A stretch of 64,000 bases of DNA, taken from NCBI GenBank assembly GCA_965603825.1, contig CBFDEM010000042.1, positions 1-64,000 on the forward strand, given 5' to 3'. The position numbers and the translations under genes were made by a program. The DNA is from Blepharisma stoltei ATCC 30299 (lineage: Eukaryota; Protista; Ciliophora). This document shows positions 35,663 to 48,443 of this stretch, one piece after another (position 1 is the first letter of the stretch; the number at the start of each line of letters is the position of its first letter). The notes beneath the pieces were generated by a model. That model was not told the DNA's origin. It worked only from the letters and a program-made list of their open reading frames with translations, and made no database searches.

Positions 35663-38155
35663 ATGATAAGCCAAGAAAGTTTTGCAAATTTGAAAAAAGA
35701 AGGCAAATTTTTAGAAGCTATTGAAATTCTTGAATTGGAGCTTGCTGAGCAAAAACCTGAGCTATGGGGATATGAAAGTAACGAAATCAGTAAAACCCTT
35801 TGTGAATTTTGCAATCTCTATGCGATGAGTTTGATGCAACAAAACAAATTTGACAGCTCTTTGACTTATTTAAGGAGGGCTGAATTTTTGTCTGAAAGAC
35901 TACCAGTCATGAAAGCTGTAACTTATAATAACTTAGCCTGCTTCTATAGAAAACAAGGAAAACATAGAATTTCGCTTAAATACCTGCAAAGGGCGTTACT
36001 GCTAGAACCTTCTGGAGATATTCATTTAAATTTGTGTGCAGTTTTAAGTCAGATTGGAAAGCATGAGCAAGCCTTAGAGCAAGCTATGCACGCAATTATT
36101 TATCTGCAGGACGAGCTTTTCGAAGCTGCATATGAGAAAAAGCAAAGTGTTATTGATGAAAGAGCTCCTATTTTGGCGGTCGCTTATCATAACTTGGCTG
36201 TAGAGCTTGAATTTTTAAGAAGAATTACAGAAGCTCATTCATATTATATGAAAGCTGTAGCGTTTGCTAAAAAGCATTTGCCTCAAGAAACACAATTAAT
36301 AGAAAACCTTGAAAACGTCCTTGAAAAAGTCCTTGGAAAAGGCAAGAGGATAAAAGTTCCAGCTTTGCAGCTCAAGAAAACCAACAGACTTGTTCTAAAA
36401 AATAAAAGTAAATCTCCATTTGGTGACAGAAAAAGTGTCAGTCCAATAATGGGGACTGGAAGAGCCCAAACCCAAAGGATGCTGCAAACTTCTCCAAGTA
36501 GACTCGATGAAATTAGAGGACTCGCTAAAACAGCTGAACAGCTGAAAAAATACGAAGATCTGCCTGTAAAAATAAAGCATCCTGAACAAGTTAAAGACGC
36601 AGTTTCAAACTTCCGGCAGAGAAAATATAGAAGCTCTCTAGGAATTAAGCCAAATGTAGAAGAAAGCAGCTCAAATGAGGCTGAAAATGAGGAAAACTAT
36701 AATATTCAAGAAAACCGATATGACCTGCCAGAAGAAAAACAAAGCAATCACGAAGATTCTTTGCATAAGAGCCACAAAGACTCTGCAAATGAAAGCGAAA
36801 AAGAAATAGAAGAGCCTCCACAAGTGATCCCTGATATTATGGACAACTTTATCCAAGAAGACTTAGAATTAGAAGCAAAAATTGAAGCTTTAAAAAATAA
36901 GCAAAAAAAAGAGGAAAATTTTTCAGATGAAGATGAGGCAGAAATCGCAATGAAAATAGCTGAAGAAGAAATAAATAAATTAAATAGTCTGAGCTTTGAA
37001 AAAAGCAGAGACAAAAGAGATAAGGAAACTGATGAAGATGAAATTATGGAGAGCCCGATAACAGAATTGCATGAAAAGCATTCAGTCCAGGAGATTAATG
37101 AAGAAATCCAGGTAGATATGATTGAAATTAGCACTGAAAAAAAAGAAATTGCAGAGAGCAAGGATGAAATTCAGGAGAAATCACAATCTCGGGACATTTA
37201 CTCAATTGACATATATGTGCCTACAATAGAGGAAAGCCATAAGGCTGAAGATAAGCCAAAATTGATCGTGCAAGAAACCTCGCATTTTGGAGAAGGCAGT
37301 AATAAGGAGCTAGCAGTTAAATTAGAACCTGAAAATGTCAGTCATGAAAAGGTCGAAGAAGCTATTATTGTGCAAAATAAAATAAACGAAGAAGAAAAAG
37401 AAATTCACGACACAGAAATGGACCCTCAGGGTGAATCAGATGTAGAACTTATGAATCCAAATGATAAAGAAGTTACCCCAATAGCTCATATAATTACGAT
37501 TAGCGAAATAGAGAAAAAAGAAAAAAATGAAAATAAAGAAAAAGAAAATTTAGCTCAAGATGTAATAGAAACAGAAGTAGTCCTTTCCAGAAAAAGCTCT
37601 AAAGCAATAGAAACTGTAATAGAGGAACAGTCATTAAGTATTCAAGTCATAGAAAATGTATTGGCAGATGACAATAAAGAAGAAATTGGCGAAAAAATGA
37701 TCGAAGAGCCTCAAATTACTGAAAATTTGCAAAGCAGTTTTCATGAAAATAATCCAAGTGATCTTACAAATAAAAGCTTTCATGAATTTATATTAGAAAA
37801 ATCTATTGAAAATGTTTTACAGAAAGACAAAGAAATCGATGAAGGTAAGCCTGCTTTCGAAAATAGCCCAGAAAATGCCATTGAGGTAGTAGACGAAAAC
37901 AAGCCTGAACTAGAAATCATCAAAATTCCTTCTGATAAAGACCTAAAAATTAGTCTTCATGACTCAAACCCAGATCCTCCAATACCCCTTCAAAACCCTG
38001 AAATAATCCCAGAAGCTCATGAGAGCCTATCTTCAAATTCCCCAGCACCCCAAGATCTATCCCACAGAACTTTAATCCAAACCCCTCTTTTCATTGAGTC
38101 CCAAGAAATTTGCACATCAATCATCTCCAGCATTCTGGACTCCCTTTCAGCCTAA
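35663..38155 (+). CDS. TPR protein with long acidic disordered C-terminus (830 aa)
   Basis: TYNNLACFYRKQGK, HLNLCAVLSQIGKHEQAL and AYHNLAVELEFL TPR motifs; Glu-rich tail. Confidence 0.85.
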   Translation: MISQESFANLKKEGKFLEAIEILELELAEQKPELWGYESNEISKTLCEFCNLYAMSLMQQNKFDSSLTYLRRAEFLSERLPVMKAVTYNNLACFYRKQGKHRISLKYLQRALLLEPSGDIHLNLCAVLSQIGKHEQALEQAMHAIIYLQDELFEAAYEKKQSVIDERAPILAVAYHNLAVELEFLRRITEAHSYYMKAVAFAKKHLPQETQLIENLENVLEKVLGKGKRIKVPALQLKKTNRLVLKNKSKSPFGDRKSVSPIMGTGRAQTQRMLQTSPSRLDEIRGLAKTAEQLKKYEDLPVKIKHPEQVKDAVSNFRQRKYRSSLGIKPNVEESSSNEAENEENYNIQENRYDLPEEKQSNHEDSLHKSHKDSANESEKEIEEPPQVIPDIMDNFIQEDLELEAKIEALKNKQKKEENFSDEDEAEIAMKIAEEEINKLNSLSFEKSRDKRDKETDEDEIMESPITELHEKHSVQEINEEIQVDMIEISTEKKEIAESKDEIQEKSQSRDIYSIDIYVPTIEESHKAEDKPKLIVQETSHFGEGSNKELAVKLEPENVSHEKVEEAIIVQNKINEEEKEIHDTEMDPQGESDVELMNPNDKEVTPIAHIITISEIEKKEKNENKEKENLAQDVIETEVVLSRKSSKAIETVIEEQSLSIQVIENVLADDNKEEIGEKMIEEPQITENLQSSFHENNPSDLTNKSFHEFILEKSIENVLQKDKEIDEGKPAFENSPENAIEVVDENKPELEIIKIPSDKDLKISLHDSNPDPPIPLQNPEIIPEAHESLSSNSPAPQDLSHRTLIQTPLFIESQEICTSIISSILDSLSA

Positions 38156-38203
38156 CCACTCCACTGGCTTAGCCAAGTATATAATTATCTAATTTCATAA
38201 AAA

Positions 38204-38407
38204 TTATTTTAATCTTCTTGCTTCTCTTTCGCTTTCCAGAAGTGCAAGCATATCTCCTTCTTTGACTGGTCCTTTTACATTTCTTACAAGCGTTCTTCCA
38301 CTTTCGTCACCATGTAGGACAACACGGACTTGAGTAATCCCACCTCTTGACCCAGTTCTTCCTAGAAGTTTTTGCACTGTTGCAAGTATATGGCTTTGCT
38401 CTTCCAT
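38204..38407 (-). CDS. RPS28: 40S ribosomal protein S28
   Basis: [38 protein letters not shown]. Confidence 0.97.
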   Translation of the reverse strand: MEEQSHILATVQKLLGRTGSRGGITQVRVVLHGDESGRTLVRNVKGPVKEGDMLALLESEREARRLK

Positions 38408-38500
38408 AATTATGTTTCTAAATAAGAACTTATAATGGATATTGGATATATAAGCTTTTGGGTAGTTAGAATTTATTATAACTATTTAAATTATGCACAT

Positions 38501-39610
38501 TTATTCCTCTCTTTTCTTTTTCTTTTTGATTTCTTTATCTGAGTCATCAAAAACCATTTTGTGCCTCTGCTCTTTAAATCTTGCATTGTGTAAAGTGTCC
38601 TTTATTTTATATGGTTGGTTTCCTTCTTTTGTGGACTGTCCTCTTCTGTATTTTTTTCAGAGTTTTGAGACTGATTGGGAAAAATCTACATGGATTCTCC
38701 TCTCGTCAATCCTCACCCTATCCATTTTAAGTACAGCTTCTTCACAGTCTCTTGGATTTTCATACTCAATAAATGCATATTGTAAGCTTTCACCTGTTTT
38801 TCAATCTTTTACGACCTCACAAGATTTTATAGGACCGAATCTGCTGAAAATTACATACAAATCTTGGCTGGTCGTATGGGCATTTAGCCTGCACACAAAA
38901 GCGACATTTTCTGGTGGCTTGATATCAGCGTCAGGCAAGTCTCCAAGGATTTCTAATACAATTGCTCGAGTTTTCGCCTCGTTTTCTTTTATGCTGGTTT
39001 CTATTTGTTTTTCGTCAATATTTTCATCTATTTTTTCATTGTCCAAAAGTCTATCACTTTCTGTGACCGGCTCAGGGCTATTTGGGACTATTAAATTAGG
39101 CAAATCTGGAAAAGGGTCTTCTAGTATATATGTATGCTTAATTCTTATGTCCCTATACGGTCTCCCAGCATCATCACAATAAATTTTATTGAAATTTTCT
39201 ACAATATCTAAGCCTTCGCCAACTATTCCAAAAATCGTGTGCTTTCTATCTAAATCTTGGCCTTGAGATCCCAATGTAATAAAGAACTAAATAGCAATTA
39301 CATGTGAAGCGCTCATATCTGGGCCTCTATTCGCCATTGATACAATTCCTACTCTATCATGTTTTAATACAGGAGTAATTTCGTCCTCAAAATATTTCTT
39401 TTCTTGGCCTTGCAAAATTCCAAAAATTGAGTTATCTTGATTTAAATGCCCACATTTTACTGTGTAATTTTTTTCTATGTTGTAGAAAAGAGAGTTGTTA
39501 TAGTGCTTTATTTTGCAGAGCTTTAAGAAATTGAGGCACGTTTTGGGGCATAAATCAGGGTATAGGTCAATGACAATATCTCCAATTGAAGTTTCTAGCA
39601 GGACTGCCAT
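38501..39610 (-). CDS. PPIL4: Cyclophilin-RRM protein (PPIL4/Cyp59/Rct1); one 15-nt intron (39287-39301)
   Basis: [27 protein letters not shown]; intron gtaattgctatttag; RRM with DW(TGA)[13 protein letters not shown] and [14 protein letters not shown](TGA); TAA 38501-38503. Confidence 0.93.
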
Positions 39611-39900
39611 TTTAGTATATTAAGTAGGCTTATAATTTGGAAGCAGCTTGAGTATGCTTAAGTCTGCATATATCAGGATAATTTTTGGTATAAATATTCA
39701 TATAGAAATATTTTATTTGGAATCTTGCATAAATATTTTGTATATGTCTAATACTCTTATTCTAATAAAGTTTATTAATAGAAAATTTCGAGAATAATTC
39801 TATCTAGCGATGCATGATATGAGGATTCTTTGACGTGTTTATTTCATGCGCTGAAATAAGATACTTGAAATTTAGATCATTCTATAAGAAAAATAAGAAA

Positions 39901-40200
39901 TTAGTTTATGATTCCTACCAATTCAGTGTCTCTGTATATGTAAAGTTTTTCCTCGTTCACAAAGACAACTTGTCCTCCATAACTTGGTAGCAAAACGGTT
40001 TGTCCTTCGTTTACTAAACATTTCCTAAGCTGGCCGTCGATGTTCTTCTCTCCAGGTCCGGTTGCTATAACTTTTCCCATTGTGAGATCTTGTTCTTTGG
40101 TATCAGGAAGGAATATCCCACCAGCAGTTGTTTTAGGTGCTTCCAACTTTTGTATAAGAACTCTATTTAGCAAAGGGATAACACGTTTAATGCTTGCCAT
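39901..40200 (-). CDS. HSP10: Mitochondrial 10 kDa chaperonin (Hsp10/Cpn10)
   Basis: PLLNRVLIQK..KTTAGGIFLP..GKVIATGPG..VLLPSYGG..YRDTELVGI. Confidence 0.95.
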   Translation of the reverse strand: MASIKRVIPLLNRVLIQKLEAPKTTAGGIFLPDTKEQDLTMGKVIATGPGEKNIDGQLRKCLVNEGQTVLLPSYGGQVVFVNEEKLYIYRDTELVGIIN

Positions 40201-40379
40201 ATTATTATAGCCTTATAATTTATCACTAAAATATTTTCTTATATTTTTAAAGCATTTTTCGCATCCAAAATCGTAGAATTTTATGAATAATTCTGCAGGT
40301 TTATAGGATTATGAATTTATTAGAAATCCAGAATTTAATAAAAGAATATATAAATGAAGCATTTTTATAAAGAATAACT

Positions 40380-43300
40380 TTAATTTACCCGATCTTTCAT
40401 TCTTCTAAACAAAGAATCCCTGGATAAAAGCTCTTTAGGAGCGCCCATCTCTGCGACTATCCCCTCTTGCATAACAATGATTACATCATTTTCCAAAACC
40501 GTTCCTAATCTGTGAGCAATAGTCAATATTGTGCAGCTATCAAACTTTTTCCTAATTAAATTTTGAATATACAAATCTGTATTATAGTCAATCCCTGCAG
40601 TTGCTTCATCAAATAAAATTATTTTAGTGTGCGCAAGCATCGCTCTACCAATGCTTAGCAACTGTTTTTCGCCTGCAGACAAATTTGATCCATTGCTTTG
40701 GAGTTGATGATCAATAGAAAACGCTGATAAATTGACAGTGTCTAAAGCAATTTTAATTTCCTGTTCTGATCTTACCCCAGGAGGATCCAAGTTTTCTTTA
40801 AGTGAGCCTGAAAAGACCAATGGATCTTGAGGTACTAAAGTGATTGCAGATCTCAACTTTTTCAGCCCAATCTGTGAAATGTCAACATTGCCAATTGTTA
40901 TTAAGCCTTTTTCTAGCTCTACAATTCGGAGTAAAGCGAGAAAAATGGATGATTTTCCACTCCCAGTTCTTCCTACAAACCCTACTCTATTGCCAGCTTT
41001 GATCTTGAAGCTAAGATCTTTTAAGATTATTGGGGTATTCAGCCGGTATTTCATATAAACTTTGCGAAATTCAATTGATGGATTTTCTGGCCAATATCTG
41101 AGGTGCTCATCAATTGGTAAGTTTTTAGGTAATTCATAAGGGATGGCCATGTATTGCTTTATTCTTTCGACACTGATTATGCTGTTTTCTGATTCTGCTA
41201 CATCAAACACAAAATATTCAATGTTTGCAGGTAAGGTGAATGCATAAGCCAAAGTAAGTCCAACAATTCCGATTGGAATTTCATTTCTAAGTATAATTAT
41301 GGCAATAAGTAAAATAAAAATGAAAAACGATCCTAATAACCCTAAAACCACATCGAGCCAGCCTTCAATACTTGCTAAAGAGTAGAGTAATCTCCCATTA
41401 ATATCCAATAAATCAGCATTTTTCTTATGAAATTTCTCAGATTTTTGGAAAATTCTAATAATTTTACCTCCAGATAAGGTCTCTGAAAAATGATTCAATA
41501 TCGGAGATCTTGAAATAGCCTCAAGCCTAGTCAGCTCTCTCGCAGCAGCTAAATAAATATTTTTCAATTTAAAATAAACCCAAATAAGAGCAGGAAGAAG
41601 CACTAAAAGCAAAGGAAAATAAATCATGATCATTATGATTCCACAAATAACTCTAAACAAAGAAGAAATCACCCACGCAAAACAATAAGGGACCTTCTCA
41701 TCAATAGACGCAATATCTTTGCTAAGCCTGTTTATGATTCTCCCTGAAGGAGTTACATCATAAAATAAGTTCACTGGAGCTTTCAAAAGCTTATTAACCA
41801 AAGAACGATGAATATTTTCTGAAGCCCTAATAGCCAAGAAATAATATAAAAACATTGTTTTCAAAAAAATAAATAACTCCCCTCCAAAACTAAGTGACAA
41901 ATAAAGTACCAAATATAAACTGGTTTCTTTTGAGTCATTGCTTCATTCCTTCAGTATTATATCTCCAGAAATACGAGTTATAACCCAAATGGCCATGCAT
42001 AAAATTGATAAAATAAGCATAGAAAATCCTCCTGAAAACTTAAAATAGTCAAAATATAGCTGTTTGTCGATTTTCCCAGAAAATTTTTCTTCATTTTCAA
42101 TTAATTTGCTTGTTGGAGAAGAAAGTGGCTGGATTTCTGGCTCATGAGTTTCTATAAGATCTCTTGGTATTTCTAATAGCTCAGGCTTCGATATTTGAGA
42201 AATTTTTCCATTTTCCAGAACAATGACTCTGTCTACCTCTTTTAAAGTACTCAGATTGTGAGTAACCATTATTCTTGTTTTGTTGGATAATAAAGAGAGA
42301 AAGCATTTTTTCATTATATGGTTCGCTATAAATGTATCAACAGAGCTTAAAGGATCATCCAGAAGATAAATTTCTTTATCAGCATATGCAGCTCTTGCAA
42401 GGCAAATTCTAGCTTTTTGGCCACCACTTAGGTTTATACCTCTTTCACCTATTTCTGTTAAATCTTTATTGGGGAAAGAATTGATGTCTTGCATTAAACT
42501 GCAAGCTTCAAGGACTTGGAAATACCATTTTTCATTGTATGGCTCGCCAAACAAAATATTGTTCCTTAAGCTGTCATTTTGTAGCCATGATTCCAAAGAG
42601 GGAGAATATGCGATTTTTCTGCTCACTTCAGCATTTCCTGAAAGAAGCTCTAATTCTCCAATTAAGCTGTTCAGAAATGATGATTTTCCACTACCAACTG
42701 GCCCAATCACTGCAATAAACTCCCCTGGTTTTATTTCTAAATTGACATTTTTCAGCAGAATTTTATCCCCATACCCAAATGAGCAATTATCTAGGTTTAT
42801 TTTATCTCCTTTTGGAATTTCTTTTAAATCATTAATATCAAGAAACTTTTGGACTCTTCTGATACTGACAATACAAAGTGTTAAATCAGTAATTAAACAG
42901 GGAAACTGATGAAGAGACTCCTGAAGAACTATTAAGGTCGTCAAAGTCACAAAAGTTTTTTCTGGAGTCAAAGACTCTCCCATTACTTGTGTAAAATAAA
43001 CAAAAACGACTGCAGCTGTAATACAAGGAGTAGCTGAAAATATAAAGGATAGAGCTGCATTTAATAGATGAAACTTTTTTAAGTGGGATAGCTCAGATAT
43101 CCTGATGTTGCGAATGGTATTTTTGAAGAACTTTTCTCATGTGTAGGCTTTAATCATCTTAATATTTGCTATAAGCTGAGATGATGCTTCTAGCCTTTTG
43201 TCTTTAAGAGTCATTATGCTTTCTGAATATTTCTTAATATTTTCTGAAGCCAAATAGCCAATTCCTATACATAAAATCAGAGAGACTATAGCTGAGTATG

Positions 43301-43967
43301 TAGCCTCTCCTACTTGGAGATGAATAAGATAAATAGATACCATCATTTGGAGAGGGGATGCAATTATTAAGCTGAGCTTGAAAAATCCTCAACAGATTTT
43401 GGCGGTGTCAATTTCTAATATATTGACTCCTAAGCCTTCAGGAAGTTTGGCAGCTTTTAATACTTTGGCATAAATCACATTACATAAGGAATTTTTAACT
43501 TTTATTTCAATAACTTTATCATTGAAAATATGTCAGCCTTTTACAGACTGATCTAATCCGGCAACTACTAAAAAAGCTATTATAATAAAAATCCCTGTCA
43601 TTATAGGCTTATCATCGCTTTGCAGGTAAGAAATAAGGACTTTGATAAATAGTGGAGCAGAGAAATTGAAGAGAGAAGACAAATTTCCGATGAACATAGA
43701 AAAAAGTAATAGTTTTCAATTAGAAAGAATAAGGGCTCAAAATAGTTTGTATCTTTCTAGGAAATAAGTCAGGTTTTCTTTTTCAATAGATATGCTATCT
43801 GGCAAAGGATAAGCATCGTCTATAGACGCTTCAGCCTTTTTACCAATTAATAAGACTGGCTTAACTCAAGTAAAATAGGCTCTAGAGAAAACGCTAGGAG
43901 CTTTATGTGGAGTTGAGAAATAAGCATAAGGTATGGGTTCAGGCTGATTCAAGGGCTGTAGCTCCAT
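40380..43967 (-). CDS. ABCC/MRP-type full ABC transporter lacking TMD0, paralog 1 (1195 aa)
   Basis: Single frame from ATG 43967 with several TGA=Trp, including the lasso FTW. NBD1: GPVGSGKS/LSGGQ/LLDDPLS. NBD2: GRTGSGKS/LSAGEKQ/DEATA. Confidence 0.92.
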
Positions 43968-44145
43968 TTATTTATAGATTTAATTAAATATATTTTTAAA
44001 AATAGATAAAATTGATTCTCCATAGAAATTTCATATAAAATCTGAATTCAAGATAATTGGATTTATTAGAATTTTTTCTTAATAAAGATATTACCAATAA
44101 TATTATTAAATTATGTATAATTATTATCAAATAATAAATAAAAGC

Positions 44146-47100
44146 TTAATTAAAGTTATCCTTTAAGCTTTTAAATATAGAGTCTTTTGATAAGAGCACT
44201 TTAGGATTTCCAGCTTCTGATACCTTTCCATCTTGCATCACAATAATTTGATCGCTTTCCATTACTGTCCCTAGTCTGTGTGCAATCGTCAAGATTGTGC
44301 ATCCTTGGAATTTATTTTTAATTAATTCTTGGATTTGATGATCAGTATTTTGGTCAATCCCTGCTGTGGCTTCATCAAATAAAATAATTTTTGTATGAGT
44401 CAGCATCGCTCTTCCTAAGCTAATAAGCTGCCTCTCGCCTGCTGATATGTTTGAGCCGTCTCCTTTTATTTCATAATCTATAGAAAACCTGGTCAAATTT
44501 ACTTCTTTTAGTGCATTTTCTACTTCACCATTGCTTTTTAGTTGGCAAGGATCCAAATTATCCTTTAAATCCCCTGAAAACACTAAAGGATCTTGAGGGA
44601 CAAGAGTGATTGCAGACCTTAACTTATTCAGCCCAATCATTGCAATATTCACCCCATCAATTAAAATTGACCCTGAGCTGATTTCTACTAGTCTGAGTAA
44701 ACATAAATAAATAGAAGACTTTCCGCTGCCAGTTCTGCCAACTAATCCGACCCTTTTTCCAGCTTCAATAGAAAAATTGACCCCTTTTAAAATAATTGGG
44801 GTGTTAGATCTATATTTCATTTGGACATTTTTAAACTCAATTGATGGGAATTGAGGCCAGTTTCCTAGGTTTTTATCCGTGGCTTGCTTATGCGGATTTT
44901 CACTTGTGATGCCCATATATACTTTAGCCCTTTCAACTGAAATCAATTGGTTTTCTAAGTTCGCCCAATCAATAACTAAATAATATATATTAATCGGCAA
45001 AGGTACTACATAAGCTAACGAAAGCCCAACAGCACCTAAAGAAATATTGTTCCTAAACACTACAATTAAGGCAAACATAAAGCACAGCACACCTGAGCTT
45101 AGCAGCCCTAAATTTACAACCAGTCAGCATCTGCAAGCAGACATTGAATATAATAATCGTGAATTTATGTCAATAAGCCTACAATTTTTTATATGGAAAT
45201 TTTGAGTCTGTCTAAAAGTCCTTATGATTTTGGCACCAGACAAGGTTTCTTCAAAATTATTTAAAATCGGAGAATTCGAAATCGCTTCAAGCCTTGTCAG
45301 TTCTCTTGCTGCTCCTAAATACAAGTCTTTTATCTGTAATGAGTAATATACCCAAAAAGGTAAAATCATAATTAGTATTGGGAAATATATTAAAGCCAGA
45401 AACACCATAGATAAAACTTGCCAAATCTGTGCAATGATGCTAGCTGTAGCCCTAGGGACCAGTTCATCTATAGAGTTGAGGTCTTTATTAAGCCTATTTA
45501 GAATCCTGCCTAATGGTGTTACGTCGTAGAATAAATTGACAGGGGCTCTAATGAATGATTTTATCATTTGGTTGTGGATGAATCTTGATGCTCTGTTCCC
45601 AACTACTGCCATTGTTAAAACAGCTCTGATAAAAGCAAAAATAGTGCCACCAACTCTGAATAGTATATATAAAAGTAGATAAGTTTCTGTGCCATCTGGG
45701 TCAGTGCTCCATTCTTTTAATATAATATCTGCTATCATTCTGGTGGCCGCCCAAAGGCCCATTGCTAAAAATGCAATTGAGATCATTAAATATCCTCCTG
45801 AGTAGCCAAAATAGTCTTTCAAAATTTTTATATTGACCTTTCCTGATTCTTTGTCTTCGTCTTCTATAAGTTTTGTATGTGTAGAATGCATTTCTTCGAT
45901 TTCAGAAGACTTGTGGTCTTCAATGTCTTGGGTTATCTGCAAGGAGTCGGGGGATGAATTTTCTATGATCGAGCCATTTTGAAGCACAATGACACGGTCA
46001 ACTTTATTTAAAATGTTTAGGCGGTGTGTAACTAAAATCCTCGTTTTTTGAGATAATACATTTAAAAAGCATTTATTCATGATGTGAGTTGCAACAAAAG
46101 TATCTACTGAGCTTAAAGGGTCGTCTAATAAATAAATGTCTTTGTCTGCATAAACAGCTCTTGCAAGGCAAATTCTTGCTTTTTGGCCTCCACTGAGATT
46201 TATCCCTCTTTCCCCAATTTCAGTTAAATCTTTATTTGGCAGAGAATTTATGTCTTGGATTAGGCAGCAGGCGTCAACGACTTTTAAATACCAAGCCTCA
46301 TTGTAAGGCTTTCCAAACAAAATATTGTTTCTTAAGGAGTCATTTTGCAGCCATGAATCTAAGGACGGGGCATATGCAATACTATCAGTTACCTTTATAA
46401 CCCCTTCCTTTACCTTAAGTTCCCCCATAATTCCATTTAATAACGATGATTTTCCACTCCCAACAGTTCCGACTACTGCAATAAATTCTCCTTTATTCAC
46501 CTTCAAGCTAATTCTATTTAAAACACTTTTGTCTCCATACGCAAGCGTGCATTCTTTTAAATCAACTGTATCTGAGCTTGGCAGTCCTTCTAAATCAGGC
46601 AAATCGATTAGTCCTTGCATTCTTCTGCAGCTTACAATGCACATCATAACTTCTGACACAAGCCAAGGAATCTCCTGCAGAGAGTCCTGCAGTATCAATA
46701 AGGTTGATAAAGTGACAAAAGCAGTTCCAGGATCCAAAGACTTTTCCATCACTAATGTGTAATACATAAACACTGCAGCTGCAGTTATACTGGGGACTAT
46801 CCAAAAGAAAAAATATGTAGTTCCTTGCAATATCTGCAATTTCCTCAAAAGTGACAGTTCCCTCACCCTTGCATCCTCAATTTTCTTTTTAAAAAACTTT
46901 TCCCACACATAAGCCTTAATCATTTTTATACTTGCGAGCATCTGAGTTGTCGCTTCAACGCGTCTGTCCCTTACACTCATAATTCTGCCTGAAAATTTCC
47001 CAACAGCTCTCGTAATGACTGTATTTAGGCTTAGGCAAATAGTTAGTGTTGCTAAAGCTGCATATACCGCATTTCCTACTTGATAATATATCAAATACAT

Positions 47101-47730
47101 TGATAAACCTGCCTGTAAGGGGGTTGATATAAAGAGGCTTAAATCTTTGAAGCCATCACAAACTTTTTTGACGTCGACTTGCAGAATATTCACTCCTGTG
47201 CCTTCAGGAATTCTAGCAACTTTTAGCACTTTGCAAAAAATGGCATTTGATAGGGAACTTTTTATTTTGATTTCGACTAGCTGATTTGTCCATAAAAACT
47301 GGCCTTTTAAAACTTGGGTTGTTAGGGTAACAATTGTGAAACTTATAGCCAGCAGAATTCCAATTGACAAGAACTTTTCTTGAGTTTGTAAGTAAGAAAG
47401 CAAAAATTGAATAAAAAGAGGTGAAGAGAAATCAAAAAGAGAAACGAGATTCCCAAGCATAATCGCCTTGGATATAAGTTTGATATTAGAAAAAAGCAGT
47501 GATTTGTATAATGAATAGCGAGATAAATAAGAAGTTAAGGTCTCGTTTTGAGACGAGTGTTCGTCTGGTAATGGGTATACATCTTCTGGGGTTAATTTGT
47601 TTTTCTTGCCTATTGAAAAAATTTGCTTTGCTCAGGAGAAAAAAATGATAGAGGATAGGCTGGAAGAAGAAACTAGTGGAAAGTAAGGAGAAGAGCCTTC
47701 ACCTTGTGTGTTTAATGGTTGAAGCTCCAT
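44146..47730 (-). CDS. ABCC/MRP-type full ABC transporter, paralog 2 (1194 aa)
   Basis: ATG 47730 (MELQPLN); pieces 45124..47460 and 44146..45090 joined through TGA; same motifs as paralog 1. Confidence 0.92.
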
Positions 47731-48443
47731 CAGATGAGAATAATAGATTATCCATATTTCATGAAGGAGAAAAGTTAGTGATAAATCAAAAGGTCTTGAT
47801 AACTATAAGAACCGTTCTTAATTTGAAAGACCGAGCTATTTATATAGATAATTATAGTAAAATTCTATAACTTAATGAACAGCTTTAGAGACGAGAAGCA
47901 CAGTTTTTAGAGAGTCGTTGTGAGCAGAAGGATGGCTATATAATTTTTAAAGGTGTTTTAGCTCATTACGGATGGCTTTTTAATATTAAGTTGAAATAAA
48001 TAAATACATAAATAATTAAGAAATAGGTTTAAAATCTTGAGTTTTTAAGAATTTGTTATAAATCGCTTAAAACTTTTGAAGTACATACTTAATAATTTGG
48101 TGCATTTTAAGTAGCAATCAAAACTTAGATCGGGCTAAATATTATAGGTCCTCCTATTAGCATATTTTATTTGCTTTGTTTTTTCTCTTTTTGAGATGCA
48201 ATTATACCAGTTTCCAACTTGACAGCTTAAGCACCCACATGCATAACTTATTTTTATTTTATTGAGGCAAAGTTGAGTATTATGCTTAAAGTATTTTAAA
48301 ACTATTTTTATCAAATTATTAAAAATACAATTTTATTCATAAAAAACAAATAGCATAATTTTATTAATTAATTTTTAGACTTATAGAGCATTGCCATGCA
48401 CGAAATTAAAATAATTATAACTAGACAGGTAAATTTATTACAA

